A DNA stretch of 34,802 nt from contig JAHFUF010000003.1 in the NCBI GenBank assembly GCA_023265235.1, forward strand, positions 1 through 34,802. The letters are read 5' to 3'. This stretch comes from Blastocatellia bacterium (GTDB lineage: Bacteria; Acidobacteriota; Blastocatellia; Chloracidobacteriales; JADJPF01). Positions within the stretch are counted from its first letter, which is position 1. Every line of letters begins with the position of its first letter. The notes below the pieces were generated by a model. The model was given only the letters and a program-made list of their open reading frames with translations. It was not told the origin of the DNA and did not search any database. A program made the translations under genes and the position numbers. Below are positions 1-9,043 of the stretch, piece by piece.

Positions 1-348
1 ATCATCAGGCAATACTTGGTATTAAAGGATAAATTCCCAGAGCTATCAGATAACTTACTGAGGGAATGTGTAATATTTAGTTACCAAGTAGATGAATTTG
101 TGTGCATGGAAAAGCCTGTAGACTTGAGTGAGATAATCAACTGGATGCACTCATTACGCCATTCAGGAGCAACAGTGCTTAGCTGGGAGACTGTTTCAGC
201 TAATATTGGTGATTTGGCTAAGACTGATTTGGACAAAGAGAACCTGCTAGCCTCTGTCAACAAGATTTTTGATTATATCAAGGAGCATTCCGATATTGAT
301 ATTAGGGCACTGAGTGATATGGTTGAGAGAAATACCAAGAAGCGGTAG
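1..348 (+). CDS. C-terminal fragment of a hypothetical protein that starts upstream of the window
   Basis: Frame 1 is open from base 1 (ATC ATC AGG CAA TAC TTG...) to the TAG at 346-348, so the TTG at 16 in the ORF track is probably internal. I recognise no motif. Confidence 0.4.
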   Translation: MIRQYLVLKDKFPELSDNLLRECVIFSYQVDEFVCMEKPVDLSEIINWMHSLRHSGATVLSWETVSANIGDLAKTDLDKENLLASVNKIFDYIKEHSDIDIRALSDMVERNTKKR

Positions 349-411
349 TTAGCAGATTAACAAGTATATTATTTCACTACAGTAAATCAATTAATACTAT
401 TAATTATAGGG

Positions 412-1173
412 TTATTGCTCTAAATCTTCTTTATCAGTAATCAAATCTAAAGATTTTAAGAACTCATTTGCGGATTCTAAGCTAAATTTATCACTGTCAA
501 CAGATGCTAAGATTTTTTTTACTTGTTCTCGATTAACAGTATCCATATTTTGATACCATTGGTATATAAAGCGTATTTGCCGATGTAGTTTAGCCGCTTT
601 AAGACCTATCTTAAAATGTTCTAAGTCTTTCCAATAAGAATAGTTTGTTTCAAACTCAGACCAAGATTTTGGTCTAAGCTTACCATCGTAGGGTCGATAT
701 AAAACACCATTATAAGTAGCTCGGTAGCCTACACTTTTATAAGTGGGTTCAATAAAAATAGCTAAAACCTTTGGATCACCATGGTTTTTCCATTTTACTG
801 TTATACAATATTCACCAGCATATTTTTCTAAATGGCTCTCCTCATAAGTATCAAGTCTCCCAATATCATACCAAGGATTTCTACCTGCTTCACCAGATTT
901 AACGTCTATTGCATAATCTTTTCCGTTGAAGCGGATTTTCAAATCAGGGTAAACACTTTTACTGGTTGTTTTTTTTATATTTTTCTCAGAGATATTTAAA
1001 GGAACATTTGTTAAAAACTCAGTTAGTACCTCAATAATTACTTCTTCATAGTGTTCCCAGGCTGATCTAAAACCAAATTGGGAAACTCGGTTGCTAAATG
1101 TACCTAATATTTTTTGTTTTAAGTCTTCTATTGCTGCTTCAAAGTGAATTGAAAACTCGCTTATGTTGCTCAT
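412..1173 (-). CDS. putative type II restriction endonuclease (PD-(D/E)XK fold)
   Basis: A 253-aa ORF on the same strand as, and downstream of, a DNA methyltransferase. It contains VYPDLKIRFNGKDYAIDVKSG, a PD ... D-x-K arrangement with ~14-aa spacing as in PD-(D/E)XK nucleases. The call rests on motif plus context only. Confidence 0.45.
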   Translation of the reverse strand: MSNISEFSIHFEAAIEDLKQKILGTFSNRVSQFGFRSAWEHYEEVIIEVLTEFLTNVPLNISEKNIKKTTSKSVYPDLKIRFNGKDYAIDVKSGEAGRNPWYDIGRLDTYEESHLEKYAGEYCITVKWKNHGDPKVLAIFIEPTYKSVGYRATYNGVLYRPYDGKLRPKSWSEFETNYSYWKDLEHFKIGLKAAKLHRQIRFIYQWYQNMDTVNREQVKKILASVDSDKFSLESANEFLKSLDLITDKEDLEQ

Positions 1174-1252
1174 GGTATTGTTATTGTCAAAAAAATAACC
1201 AACATCTTCTAATGCTGCCTATGGTATTCATTAAAGGTATTTGTATGAACCT

Positions 1253-1273
1253 CTCGGCTCTGAAAAAGCCGAG
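1253..1273. repeat. hairpin repeat copy 1 (ctcggct-N7-agccgag) in the R-M spacer
   Basis: ctcggctctgaaaaagccgag has a 7-bp perfect stem. A near-identical copy lies at 1608-1628. Confidence 0.6.
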
Positions 1274-1607
1274 TTTCTGGGTCGGAAAACGCTGTCTCAC
1301 GACAGTGAAGAGCTTGAGTATCAGCAAAAGAGGTATTGAGCTTGAGATGTAGCAACCTTAGCAGTTCGCGCTTATTTCTGATAAATGTTTTAATTGCCGT
1401 TAGGCTATCAGAGTTGTGGGCTGCGTTTTACCGTTGGCAAAGTCGTCTTACAATCCCTCTACGCGCACATTCCCGCGTCCCTGCGGGTGCTAATGGTAAC
1501 TTCACAATTACCATTTTTACTTTTTATCATATTAACTTTATTTTGTCTACTTATTTTTCTTATTTTATTCGCTTTTTTATCGCCTTTTCAGGCGATTGCT
1601 CACTTGA

Positions 1608-1628
1608 CTCGGCTCTAAAGAAGCCGAG
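1608..1628. repeat. hairpin repeat copy 2 (ctcggct-N7-agccgag) in the R-M spacer
   Basis: ctcggctctaaagaagccgag has the same 7-bp stem as 1253-1273, in direct orientation. The two copies bracket ~330 nt that is richer in G+C than its surroundings. Confidence 0.6.
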
Positions 1629-1663
1629 ATTGCGTTCGCAAAAGAAGGTTCAAGAGGAACTAG

Positions 1664-3472
1664 CTAGCTTAGAACGATTTCTTTTAAAGCAACACGACAG
1701 CGTTTAATTGCGGCTAACCTATTTGGATATATCATATCAATCTTTTTTAGGATATCAGCATTATCAGAAAAAATATCTGATTCTAAAGGTTCTCGGCCAA
1801 GCTTTTGGGCCAATTTTTGTAAATATACTTCTATTTCCTTTTTTGATGCGAGAGGTTTAGATCTTTTAACAGATTGTTTAGGAATGATGGGGTTGCCGAA
1901 TAAATCTAAATGTGTTTGTAAAGTAGCTAATTTCTCATTAGCAACCTGAACATAATTAGGATCAACATCAATTGTTATATAATGCCTATCTAATTTATAA
2001 GCAGAAAAAGCAGTTGTCCCAGTTCCACAAAAAGGATCAAATACTAAATCTTCTTTGTTGGTTGTTAAAGTAATGATTCTCTCCATAAGTTTTTCTGGTA
2101 ATTGGCAAGGATGGGCATCTCTATCACGTTTATGTTTGATTCTATGGATATCAAACCAAATATCTGATAACTCTATTCTGTTGTTATTACGAAAAAGTTT
2201 TCGTTTTTTGACACAAGAAGCTCTTAAACAATATTCTGGAGAATCTGGCGGTGAAACATAGTCTGATAGATTGTTATCAGTAGTGGCTAATGAAGAATAG
2301 TTAAAAGTTGGCTTCTTCCCAGGTTTAGTGTAGTAAAGTAAGGCATAATGAGCAGGCATTATTTTACCTCTAGGATCAGATAAAGCATCCCAGATAATCC
2401 AGTGACGAAATTCTAGGAAGTTATTTAGGAAAGCTGCATGATGGATAGCCCACTTAGGTAAATTTAAGACTATCAAAGTGCCACCAGGTTTTAGTGTTTT
2501 AGCCATTCCGGCTAACCATTCATTACACCATTGAATATATTGTTTTTCAGCTAAAGAATCCTCATATTTGTCATAATTTTTTTTAAGGTTATAAGGAGGA
2601 TCAGCAAAAACTAGGTCAAATATTCCTTCAGGATATAAACTAGCAGTTTTTTCTAGGAAAGAAATACAGTCACCAGAATAAACCTTATCTATCTCGATAG
2701 ATTTTAAATTATTCCAATAACTAGTAGATTGGTTGTTGCTAACAGTTTTTATAATACTTGAAAGAGTTTTGCTGTTGGGTTTATTAATGGATTCTTTACT
2801 GATAGATTCTTTCCTAATAGACTCAATATCAGGTTGTGTTTGAATGATGTGCAAGTAGTTAGCATTATCTGTTTTAGTTAAATTTTCAATACGCTGCAAT
2901 ATTGGACTGGGAATTATATTGTCTGTTACTTGATTTGTTGGCAAATCTTTCCAGACATCAGATAAGGCAATACCATTAGGGTTCATTAGATGTTTTTTTC
3001 CACCCCAGTCTTTGACGTTTTGCCCACAAGCTGAACAGTAAGCATGGGGAACACGTACCAAATCTGTATTTAAGTGAAAAGAGGAAATAGTATTATTTTT
3101 AGTACTAGTTTTTAGAAACATTAATAAACCTAGATGATTAGGCTTAAGAGTTTCTAATCTAGGCATATTGTCGATATTTAAGCCTATCCAATACTTAAAA
3201 ATCATTTGGTGGGCTTCATCGTTGAGTAGAGAAATGTATTGCCCCCAAAATGCTAAATGATGGGGTAATCCATAGACAAAGAAAAATCCACCATATTTAA
3301 GAACCTTAGTAACTTTTTCTATTAATTCAATAGTGGCTCTCTTCAGTTGATAGTTATTTGGCGGCATTTGGTGCAACTTATCTTTTGGATCGAAAAAACT
3401 GCTAATTACTATTACATCCATACTTTCATTGGATAATTTATTAAGTTCTTCTTTAGTAGACCAAAAAGCCAT
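1664..3472 (-). CDS. DNA methyltransferase, beta-class N6-adenine/N4-cytosine type, with a degenerate N-terminal second MTase-like domain
   Basis: The C-terminal half has motif IV before motif I: DLVFADPPYNLKK ... HPCQLPEKLMERII ... DLVFDPFCGTGTTAFSA. The N-terminal half has the same outline (DVIVISSFFDP, KVLKYGGFFFVYG, CSACG...KDWGGKKH...DVWKDL) but no intact DPPY or FxGxG. Confidence 0.85.
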   Translation of the reverse strand: MAFWSTKEELNKLSNESMDVIVISSFFDPKDKLHQMPPNNYQLKRATIELIEKVTKVLKYGGFFFVYGLPHHLAFWGQYISLLNDEAHQMIFKYWIGLNIDNMPRLETLKPNHLGLLMFLKTSTKNNTISSFHLNTDLVRVPHAYCSACGQNVKDWGGKKHLMNPNGIALSDVWKDLPTNQVTDNIIPSPILQRIENLTKTDNANYLHIIQTQPDIESIRKESISKESINKPNSKTLSSIIKTVSNNQSTSYWNNLKSIEIDKVYSGDCISFLEKTASLYPEGIFDLVFADPPYNLKKNYDKYEDSLAEKQYIQWCNEWLAGMAKTLKPGGTLIVLNLPKWAIHHAAFLNNFLEFRHWIIWDALSDPRGKIMPAHYALLYYTKPGKKPTFNYSSLATTDNNLSDYVSPPDSPEYCLRASCVKKRKLFRNNNRIELSDIWFDIHRIKHKRDRDAHPCQLPEKLMERIITLTTNKEDLVFDPFCGTGTTAFSAYKLDRHYITIDVDPNYVQVANEKLATLQTHLDLFGNPIIPKQSVKRSKPLASKKEIEVYLQKLAQKLGREPLESDIFSDNADILKKIDMIYPNRLAAIKRCRVALKEIVLS

Positions 3473-3622
3473 TGTATTTACTTCCTTTATAGTGGGTTAT
3501 AATAATTAATCCTTGGGTTAGTCTTGTTTATTATTGAAGGGTTTTCTGCCCAACTTAACCAAAATTTAACTAAAAAAATCATTTAATAGTTTTCTTCTGC
3601 TTTTAAGATCCTTAACTGGAAA

Positions 3623-4570
3623 TCAAGTTTTTTCATTAGAGTTTCTTTGCTCTTGGTATTTTGCTAGCATTTTTCTTCGTGACTTTAAATAAATATCTAA
3701 GTTTTCTCTGTCAAATTTAGCATCAATAATATTTTCAATCTCAGGTACAAAATATTTAAAGCTGTTTATTTTTCTTCCTTTAGCTTGTATATAAGTTTGA
3801 ATCATTCCTAGTTCTATTGTTCGTCGATCCACGTTATTAAATTTAGCTCCTACACGGTCGTCTGCTGCTGTCCATCTACGGCCAGTAAGATTTTTATAGA
3901 GCATGATGATATCATCATGTGATTTAAATATCATCAAATCATCATGAGACGGCCACTTATCCTTATTGGTGGCCGTCAGTGGTATTGATTGGTGGCCATC
4001 CACTCTATATTGTTGGTGGCCGTCCACCGTTTCCATATATTGGTTTGCTGCTAACTCATAAAAATCTTGAATTTGTAGGTCTTTATTTTGGCAAAAGTCT
4101 TTTATTTGCTGATAAAAGTCTTGTTTATGCCTGATAGTTACTTTGACTTTATCTGTTGAATGTCTATCGCCTTTACGCTTGTTAATATTATGAATTTTTT
4201 GAGGTATTTGGTATTCTTGGTGGCCGTCCACATTAATAGGTTTTTCTTGTAAGTGGCCGTCCACTATATAAGGTTGGTGGCCGTCAGGTGGCCGTCCACT
4301 TTTAGGTATTATTGCTTTATTAGGTGGCCGTCCACCAGTTAATTTGCTGTCCACCAAATTAGGTTGGTGGCCGTCCACTAAATCACTATTTTGCTGAATT
4401 TTCGCTTGATCATCTTGATCATCTCGATCTTTTTGATCTAAGAGAGTGTTTAGATCAGCTTGATCATTTCTCAGATCAATTTGATCACTAGGTTGATCGT
4501 TTTGTTGATTTTCAACCTGATCAAGAAATTTAGGGCGTAAAGTAGCTAGTTTTGAATAATTAAATGACAT
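3623..4570 (-). CDS. hypothetical protein with reiterated VDGH(Q) peptide repeats
   Basis: A 315-aa ORF whose start lies 4 nt after the stop of the upstream ATPase gene (operon-like). The N-terminus is D/Q-rich. VDGHQ/VDGHL occurs about 7 times, plus related DGHQ and GGRPP/SGRPP forms. The C-terminal ~90 aa is non-repetitive (LTGRRWTAADDRVGAKFNNVDRRTIELG...). Confidence 0.6.
   Translation of the reverse strand: MSFNYSKLATLRPKFLDQVENQQNDQPSDQIDLRNDQADLNTLLDQKDRDDQDDQAKIQQNSDLVDGHQPNLVDSKLTGGRPPNKAIIPKSGRPPDGHQPYIVDGHLQEKPINVDGHQEYQIPQKIHNINKRKGDRHSTDKVKVTIRHKQDFYQQIKDFCQNKDLQIQDFYELAANQYMETVDGHQQYRVDGHQSIPLTATNKDKWPSHDDLMIFKSHDDIIMLYKNLTGRRWTAADDRVGAKFNNVDRRTIELGMIQTYIQAKGRKINSFKYFVPEIENIIDAKFDRENLDIYLKSRRKMLAKYQEQRNSNEKT
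3968..4378. repeat. dispersed array of a GC-rich 12-13-mer, GGTGGCCGTCCAC (quasi-palindrome GTGG-NCGN-CCAC)
   Basis: Copies read at 3968, 3991 (GGTGGCCATCCAC), 4015, 4219, 4253, 4276, 4288, 4323 and 4366, with a degenerate one near 4346. Spacing is irregular, all copies lie inside ORF 3623-4570, and the codons are identical each time. Confidence 0.85.
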
Positions 4571-4574
4571 AATA

Positions 4575-5393
4575 CTAGTCCTCTACAATGGGTTCATAGA
4601 TAGTTGATTTAGCAGCGTCTTGAATAAGTTCAGATGTAACTTGGGTTTTATTAATGACAGCCATTTCAAAAGCTAAATTACAGATTTTTACTATATTACG
4701 AGGAACACCATGACTTAATTCATAAAGTTTCACTTTTGCGTCTTCTGTTAACTTTCCTCCATTCCAACTAGCAACGTGTAAACGGTGTTCAACCATTGCT
4801 ACCATATCATCAAAAGTAAATTCATCTAAGGTAGAGGTAATAGTTATTCTTGAAACTAAAGGCTGGCGTTTCTTTACTCTTAATTTCTCGTTAATTTCAG
4901 GTTGAGCAGCTAAAACTATTTGTAGTAACTTTGCTTGCTCTACTTCAAAATTAAGTAATTGACGTAATACTTCAAAATGGTCGCCTTTAAGTAAATTAGC
5001 TTCATCTACTAATAATACTGCGTTTTTTCCTTCTTCATATAAGTTAGCTAATTTAGTTTCTAATGCTTGTCTTTGGTCTAGTTGAGAACGTTTTGGAGCT
5101 ATATCAAATTGAGCAGAAATAGCCTTAAGTAGTGCAAAATCGCTTTTGTAATCAGGGTTATTTAATCTTGATACATAGTAGCTAGGATCATCACGTAATG
5201 CTTCTTCTATGTATCGTAATAAAGAAGTTTTTCCAAAACCAACTTTACCAATTATTAATGTAAGCCCTTGTCTACGCTGAAGTACAAATGTAGTTTTAGC
5301 TATTGCTGCACTAGCTTGTGTAGTGACATAGAAAAATCGTGTACTGCTTGTTGGAGAAAACGGTTGTTGTAAGTAGAGCGTTTGAGTTGTCAT
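4575..5393 (-). CDS. AAA-family ATPase (ExeA/AAA_22-like P-loop NTPase)
   Basis: Walker A is IIGKVGFGKTSLL, Walker B is VLLVDEANLL, and the size is 272 aa. The overall pattern resembles ExeA/TniB-type ATPases; the subfamily was not resolved. Confidence 0.75.
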   Translation of the reverse strand: MTTQTLYLQQPFSPTSSTRFFYVTTQASAAIAKTTFVLQRRQGLTLIIGKVGFGKTSLLRYIEEALRDDPSYYVSRLNNPDYKSDFALLKAISAQFDIAPKRSQLDQRQALETKLANLYEEGKNAVLLVDEANLLKGDHFEVLRQLLNFEVEQAKLLQIVLAAQPEINEKLRVKKRQPLVSRITITSTLDEFTFDDMVAMVEHRLHVASWNGGKLTEDAKVKLYELSHGVPRNIVKICNLAFEMAVINKTQVTSELIQDAAKSTIYEPIVED

Positions 5394-5718
5394 TGCTCAT
5401 TAGTCCTCTAAAATTTATTTATTAAAGCTAATTTTGCTACTAGAGTAGTAAAATTGAAATCAATTTTTGCAATAAATTTTAAAATATTGTTTGTTTAATA
5501 ATGTCTGTTACTAGATAAACAGGTTTTCAGGAAAGGTGTTGTAATTTTTTTCTGTCCAAGCATAGATACATTGTGTAGAGATGTATTTTAGTCAAAGTTT
5601 AACAACAGTTACTTGTATTAAGCAGTTTATTAAAGTAATAGCTCTTGTTATAATCGTTTTCTCAAAGTAATCAACACTTAAATACAGTCACTACAAGTTT
5701 TATTATTAGGAGTTAGGT

Positions 5719-7200
5719 ATGGGAAAAATATTTCTAGCAATGACTTTAATAGTATTATTTTGTAATGTAGTACTAGCTAAAGATAGAGTTTTATTAGTGG
5801 GTATCAGTCAGTATAAAGATAAAAATATCAAACCTATAGCAGGCCCAAAAGAAGATGCTAAGGATATGGCAAATTTTTTAGTTAGTCATTTTAAGTTTGC
5901 TCAATCAGATATAAAAATGCTTTTGGATGAGCAAGCAACTAAAGAAGCGATTATTAATGTTTTTCATAGTTGGTTAATTGAGGGAACAAAACCAGGAGAT
6001 AGGGTCTTTTTCTTATATTCAGGACATGGTTCAAGGCTGCCTGATGATAATGGTGATGAAGATGATGGAAAAGATGAAACAATAGTGCCTTATGATACAG
6101 TTGCTAAAACAGGTGTAGGTCAAATTCGTGATGATGTGTTTGAGCAGTTAATAACTGAGCTTTCAGGACGTAGAGCCGTATTAGTATTTGACTCATGCCA
6201 TTCAGGAACTATTTCACGAGGTGGAGCAGCTACTACAACTAGCCAAAGTAGTTATGCCCGTTATTTACCTAGCCCAGAAGAGTTTGAGCAGATTGCAAAT
6301 ACAAGTGGAACGCGAGGTGGTATGGTAGATGGCTATGAAGTGTTACCAGATAAAAATAAACATAGTAGTAGGGATTTAGTCCCAGAATTTGGTGATAAAC
6401 ATTCTGACAATCTTGTTGGTGTGGTTGTTTTTAGTGCTGCACAAACAGGGCAAATAGCACATTCTTTCAAATCTGATAGAGGCTTTAGAGGTGCTTTGAC
6501 TTATACCTTTATTAAACTACAAGAAAATAGCTTACCTATAATAAGTGAATTACGAAAAGGGATCGTTGACCAAATTAAAGACTTACAAAAAAATCAAAAA
6601 CTGGACGGACAACAACAACCTATGGTGGAATGTCTTTCTACTCTGCCATTAGAAGACTTTCCTTTATTTGGAATAACAGAGCAAATACCTGTTATCGAAC
6701 AAGCCGTAGAGTTTGCTACGCTAGCTAATGCTGATTCTAAAATAAAAATTAGCATCGCTACAAAGGAAGGAAAACAATCTTATAAAGTTGGGGAATATGT
6801 TTCTTATCAAGTAAATACAGATACATTTGGATATTTATATGTGATTATTTTTAGTGCTAAGGATCAAGCAGTGTGTTTGTTACCAAATCCATACGACTTA
6901 AAAAATCGTGTTAATCCTGGGGCAATAAGCTTTCCTAACAACGACAAATACAACTTTGAAGTAACTGAGCCAGTAGGCTATGACATAGTTATAGCACTTT
7001 TATCCAAAGAAGAACTTGATTTTGGAGAAAAGGAAATCTACACATGGAAAGAAGCTTTTTCTCGCCTAAATATAAAAGAGCTACAAAAGGCTATAGAAAC
7101 TACTAATAAAAATCTATCTAGGAGTAACAAAGTTGTTCCTGTAAAAACACAATATACTGATTGGCAAGCTGCTATTACTGTAGTTAGAGCATTCAAGTGA
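5719..7200 (+). CDS. exported caspase-like peptidase (C14) with C-terminal DUF4384-like domain
   Basis: N-terminal signal-like segment MGKIFLAMTLIVLFCNVVLA. Catalytic His in FFLYSGHGS and Cys in LVFDSCHSGT. C-terminal GEYVSYQVNTDTFGYLYVIIFSAKDQAVCLLPN matches the DUF4384 pattern. Confidence 0.85.
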   Translation: MGKIFLAMTLIVLFCNVVLAKDRVLLVGISQYKDKNIKPIAGPKEDAKDMANFLVSHFKFAQSDIKMLLDEQATKEAIINVFHSWLIEGTKPGDRVFFLYSGHGSRLPDDNGDEDDGKDETIVPYDTVAKTGVGQIRDDVFEQLITELSGRRAVLVFDSCHSGTISRGGAATTTSQSSYARYLPSPEEFEQIANTSGTRGGMVDGYEVLPDKNKHSSRDLVPEFGDKHSDNLVGVVVFSAAQTGQIAHSFKSDRGFRGALTYTFIKLQENSLPIISELRKGIVDQIKDLQKNQKLDGQQQPMVECLSTLPLEDFPLFGITEQIPVIEQAVEFATLANADSKIKISIATKEGKQSYKVGEYVSYQVNTDTFGYLYVIIFSAKDQAVCLLPNPYDLKNRVNPGAISFPNNDKYNFEVTEPVGYDIVIALLSKEELDFGEKEIYTWKEAFSRLNIKELQKAIETTNKNLSRSNKVVPVKTQYTDWQAAITVVRAFK

Positions 7201-7321
7201 GAGTAAGTATTAAGTACGAAGTATGAAGTTAATATTCATGGCTAAATAATAGCAAGCGATTAAGTGCTACTACTGGTCGTTTGCTATTTACTAGTAAAAA
7301 AAGGAGATATAGGGAGATATT

Positions 7322-8968
7322 ATGAAGCTTACAAAATGGGTTATGTATGTTTTAGTAGTAATGATATCGTTCATATTAAGCACAAGTAACGTAGAAATGC
7401 AAAGTAGTCGACCTAGTACTTCTAGCCAAGATAACCGTAGTCAAAAGGTTGTAGGAGTTGGTGAAAATAAAATAAATCAACGACGCATCGCACTAGTAAT
7501 AGGTAATAGTAGTTATCCCATAGGAGCATTAGCAAATCCTGTAAATGATGTAGCCGCAATGGAAAAAGCTCTTACTGCTACAGGATTCCAAGTTACGCGT
7601 CTAACTAATTTAACCCAACGAGATATGAAATCAGCCATAGCTAATTTTGGTAGAAGCTTGAAAGATGGAGGAGTAGGGCTATTTTATTTTGCTGGTCATG
7701 GTAATCAAGTTAATGGGGAAAATTATTTAATCCCAATAGATGCTAAGATTAGCCAAGAAGCAGATGTAGATATTTATGGTGTAAATGTTAGCAATATATT
7801 GCAACAAATGGGGAGTGCTGGTAATTCATTAAATATTTTAATCTTAGATGCTTGCCGTAATAACCCATTTATTGCTAGCAGCAAACGTAGTGGCACACAA
7901 GGATTGGCTCAAATAAATGCTACCAAAGGGTTGTTTATTGCTTATGCCACAGCCCCAGGTTCAACAGCAAGTGATGGACGTGAGGTAAATAGCCCTTACA
8001 CAGAAGAATTAGTAAAAGCCTTAAATATTTCAGGGCTTTCTATTGAAGAAGTATTTAAGTTTGTATTACGAGGAGTGGACGAAAAAACTCAAGGAAAACA
8101 ACTGCCTTGGGTTTCTTCTGTGCTTAGTGGTGATTTTTATTTTAGAGCAGGCACTAACAGTGACAACACCGCACTTGAGCGTGACAAAGCAGTTTGGGCA
8201 GGGTGTTGTATAAATAGCAATAGAGTATCAGACTATCAAAGTTATTTAGATGGGTACCCTAGCGGATTATATGCAACAATAGCCAAGGCACGGATTAAAG
8301 AACTTGAGCAACCTACTAATGTTAATGCTAGTGGGAATAAAAATTCAGGTAATGGTACTTCTCCTAGTACAAATGAAGTAGATCCGCCCAAAGTTATAGA
8401 ATCACGTTCATCAGAACTACAACTAGCAGAAATGCAATTTAAGGGTGGGGATTATGATAAGGTAAGCCGCACTTGTGAAAGCTTCATGAAAAACCAACCT
8501 GATCACCCGCAAGCAAACCGCTTATTAGGAATGAGTTATTTTTTAGACAGGAGATATCAACAAGGAGTGCCTTTTATTGTTAATGCTGTAAAAAGAGGGG
8601 AAGTAGTAACTTTTACCATTCAGCATCATGGTAATAGCTTATATGGGGATAGGTTAACAAAAGAAACTTTAATTTTGTATAAAGATAGGTTTGAATTTCA
8701 AGGAGGAGATAGATATTCACTCCCTTATAGTAGCTTATTAGAACTTAACGAAAAACAAAGCTCTAGTGAATATCCTTACGTACATATGAAGTTCAAGTTT
8801 TTTGATAACAAAGAGAAAAAAGAAAAAGTTAAGGACTACAATTTTTATGCTCCTTCTGCGGAGTTGTATGAAAACAAAAGCATGAAAGTTAGATGTTCTG
8901 GTTGTGACAAATGGACAGATAGTATGGTGAATATAATTAGAGAAATAGCACAGGGCGGACTAAGATAG
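7322..8968 (+). CDS. exported caspase-like peptidase (C14) with TPR-like and unknown C-terminal region
   Basis: RIALVIGNSSYP...NPVNDVAAM...LFYFAGHGNQVNGENYLIPID...ILILDACRNNPF is the canonical bacterial caspase-domain pattern. There is an N-terminal hydrophobic segment, and an RBS-like aaaggag lies upstream. Confidence 0.8.
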   Translation: MKLTKWVMYVLVVMISFILSTSNVEMQSSRPSTSSQDNRSQKVVGVGENKINQRRIALVIGNSSYPIGALANPVNDVAAMEKALTATGFQVTRLTNLTQRDMKSAIANFGRSLKDGGVGLFYFAGHGNQVNGENYLIPIDAKISQEADVDIYGVNVSNILQQMGSAGNSLNILILDACRNNPFIASSKRSGTQGLAQINATKGLFIAYATAPGSTASDGREVNSPYTEELVKALNISGLSIEEVFKFVLRGVDEKTQGKQLPWVSSVLSGDFYFRAGTNSDNTALERDKAVWAGCCINSNRVSDYQSYLDGYPSGLYATIAKARIKELEQPTNVNASGNKNSGNGTSPSTNEVDPPKVIESRSSELQLAEMQFKGGDYDKVSRTCESFMKNQPDHPQANRLLGMSYFLDRRYQQGVPFIVNAVKRGEVVTFTIQHHGNSLYGDRLTKETLILYKDRFEFQGGDRYSLPYSSLLELNEKQSSSEYPYVHMKFKFFDNKEKKEKVKDYNFYAPSAELYENKSMKVRCSGCDKWTDSMVNIIREIAQGGLR

Positions 8969-8976
8969 CTGGCAAG

Positions 8977-9010
8977 GTGTACTTAAGGATTCATTGGATT
9001 TTAAGTACAC
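8977..9010 (+). terminator. 10-bp perfect inverted repeat (gtgtacttaa-N14-ttaagtacac), candidate terminator or operator
   Basis: It sits 9 nt after the stop of 7322-8968 and 34 nt before the start of 9044-11185. The stem is followed by ttt. Confidence 0.35.
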
Positions 9011-9043
9011 TTTAGCAAAACAAAAAATAACAGGAGGAAAGCT

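Noticed and set aside
1098-1707. Three overlapping plus-strand ORFs (84, 123 and 74 aa) in the R-M spacer
   Set aside because: They overlap one another, have hydrophobic or low-complexity composition, overlap the termini of the flanking genes on the other strand, and show no motif. The region looks structured and non-coding.
3968-4378. Whether the GGTGGCCGTCCAC repeat cluster is a CRISPR array
   Set aside because: The repeats are only 12-13 nt, spacing is irregular (from 0 to about 190 nt), all copies lie in one frame of a long ORF, and no cas genes are present.
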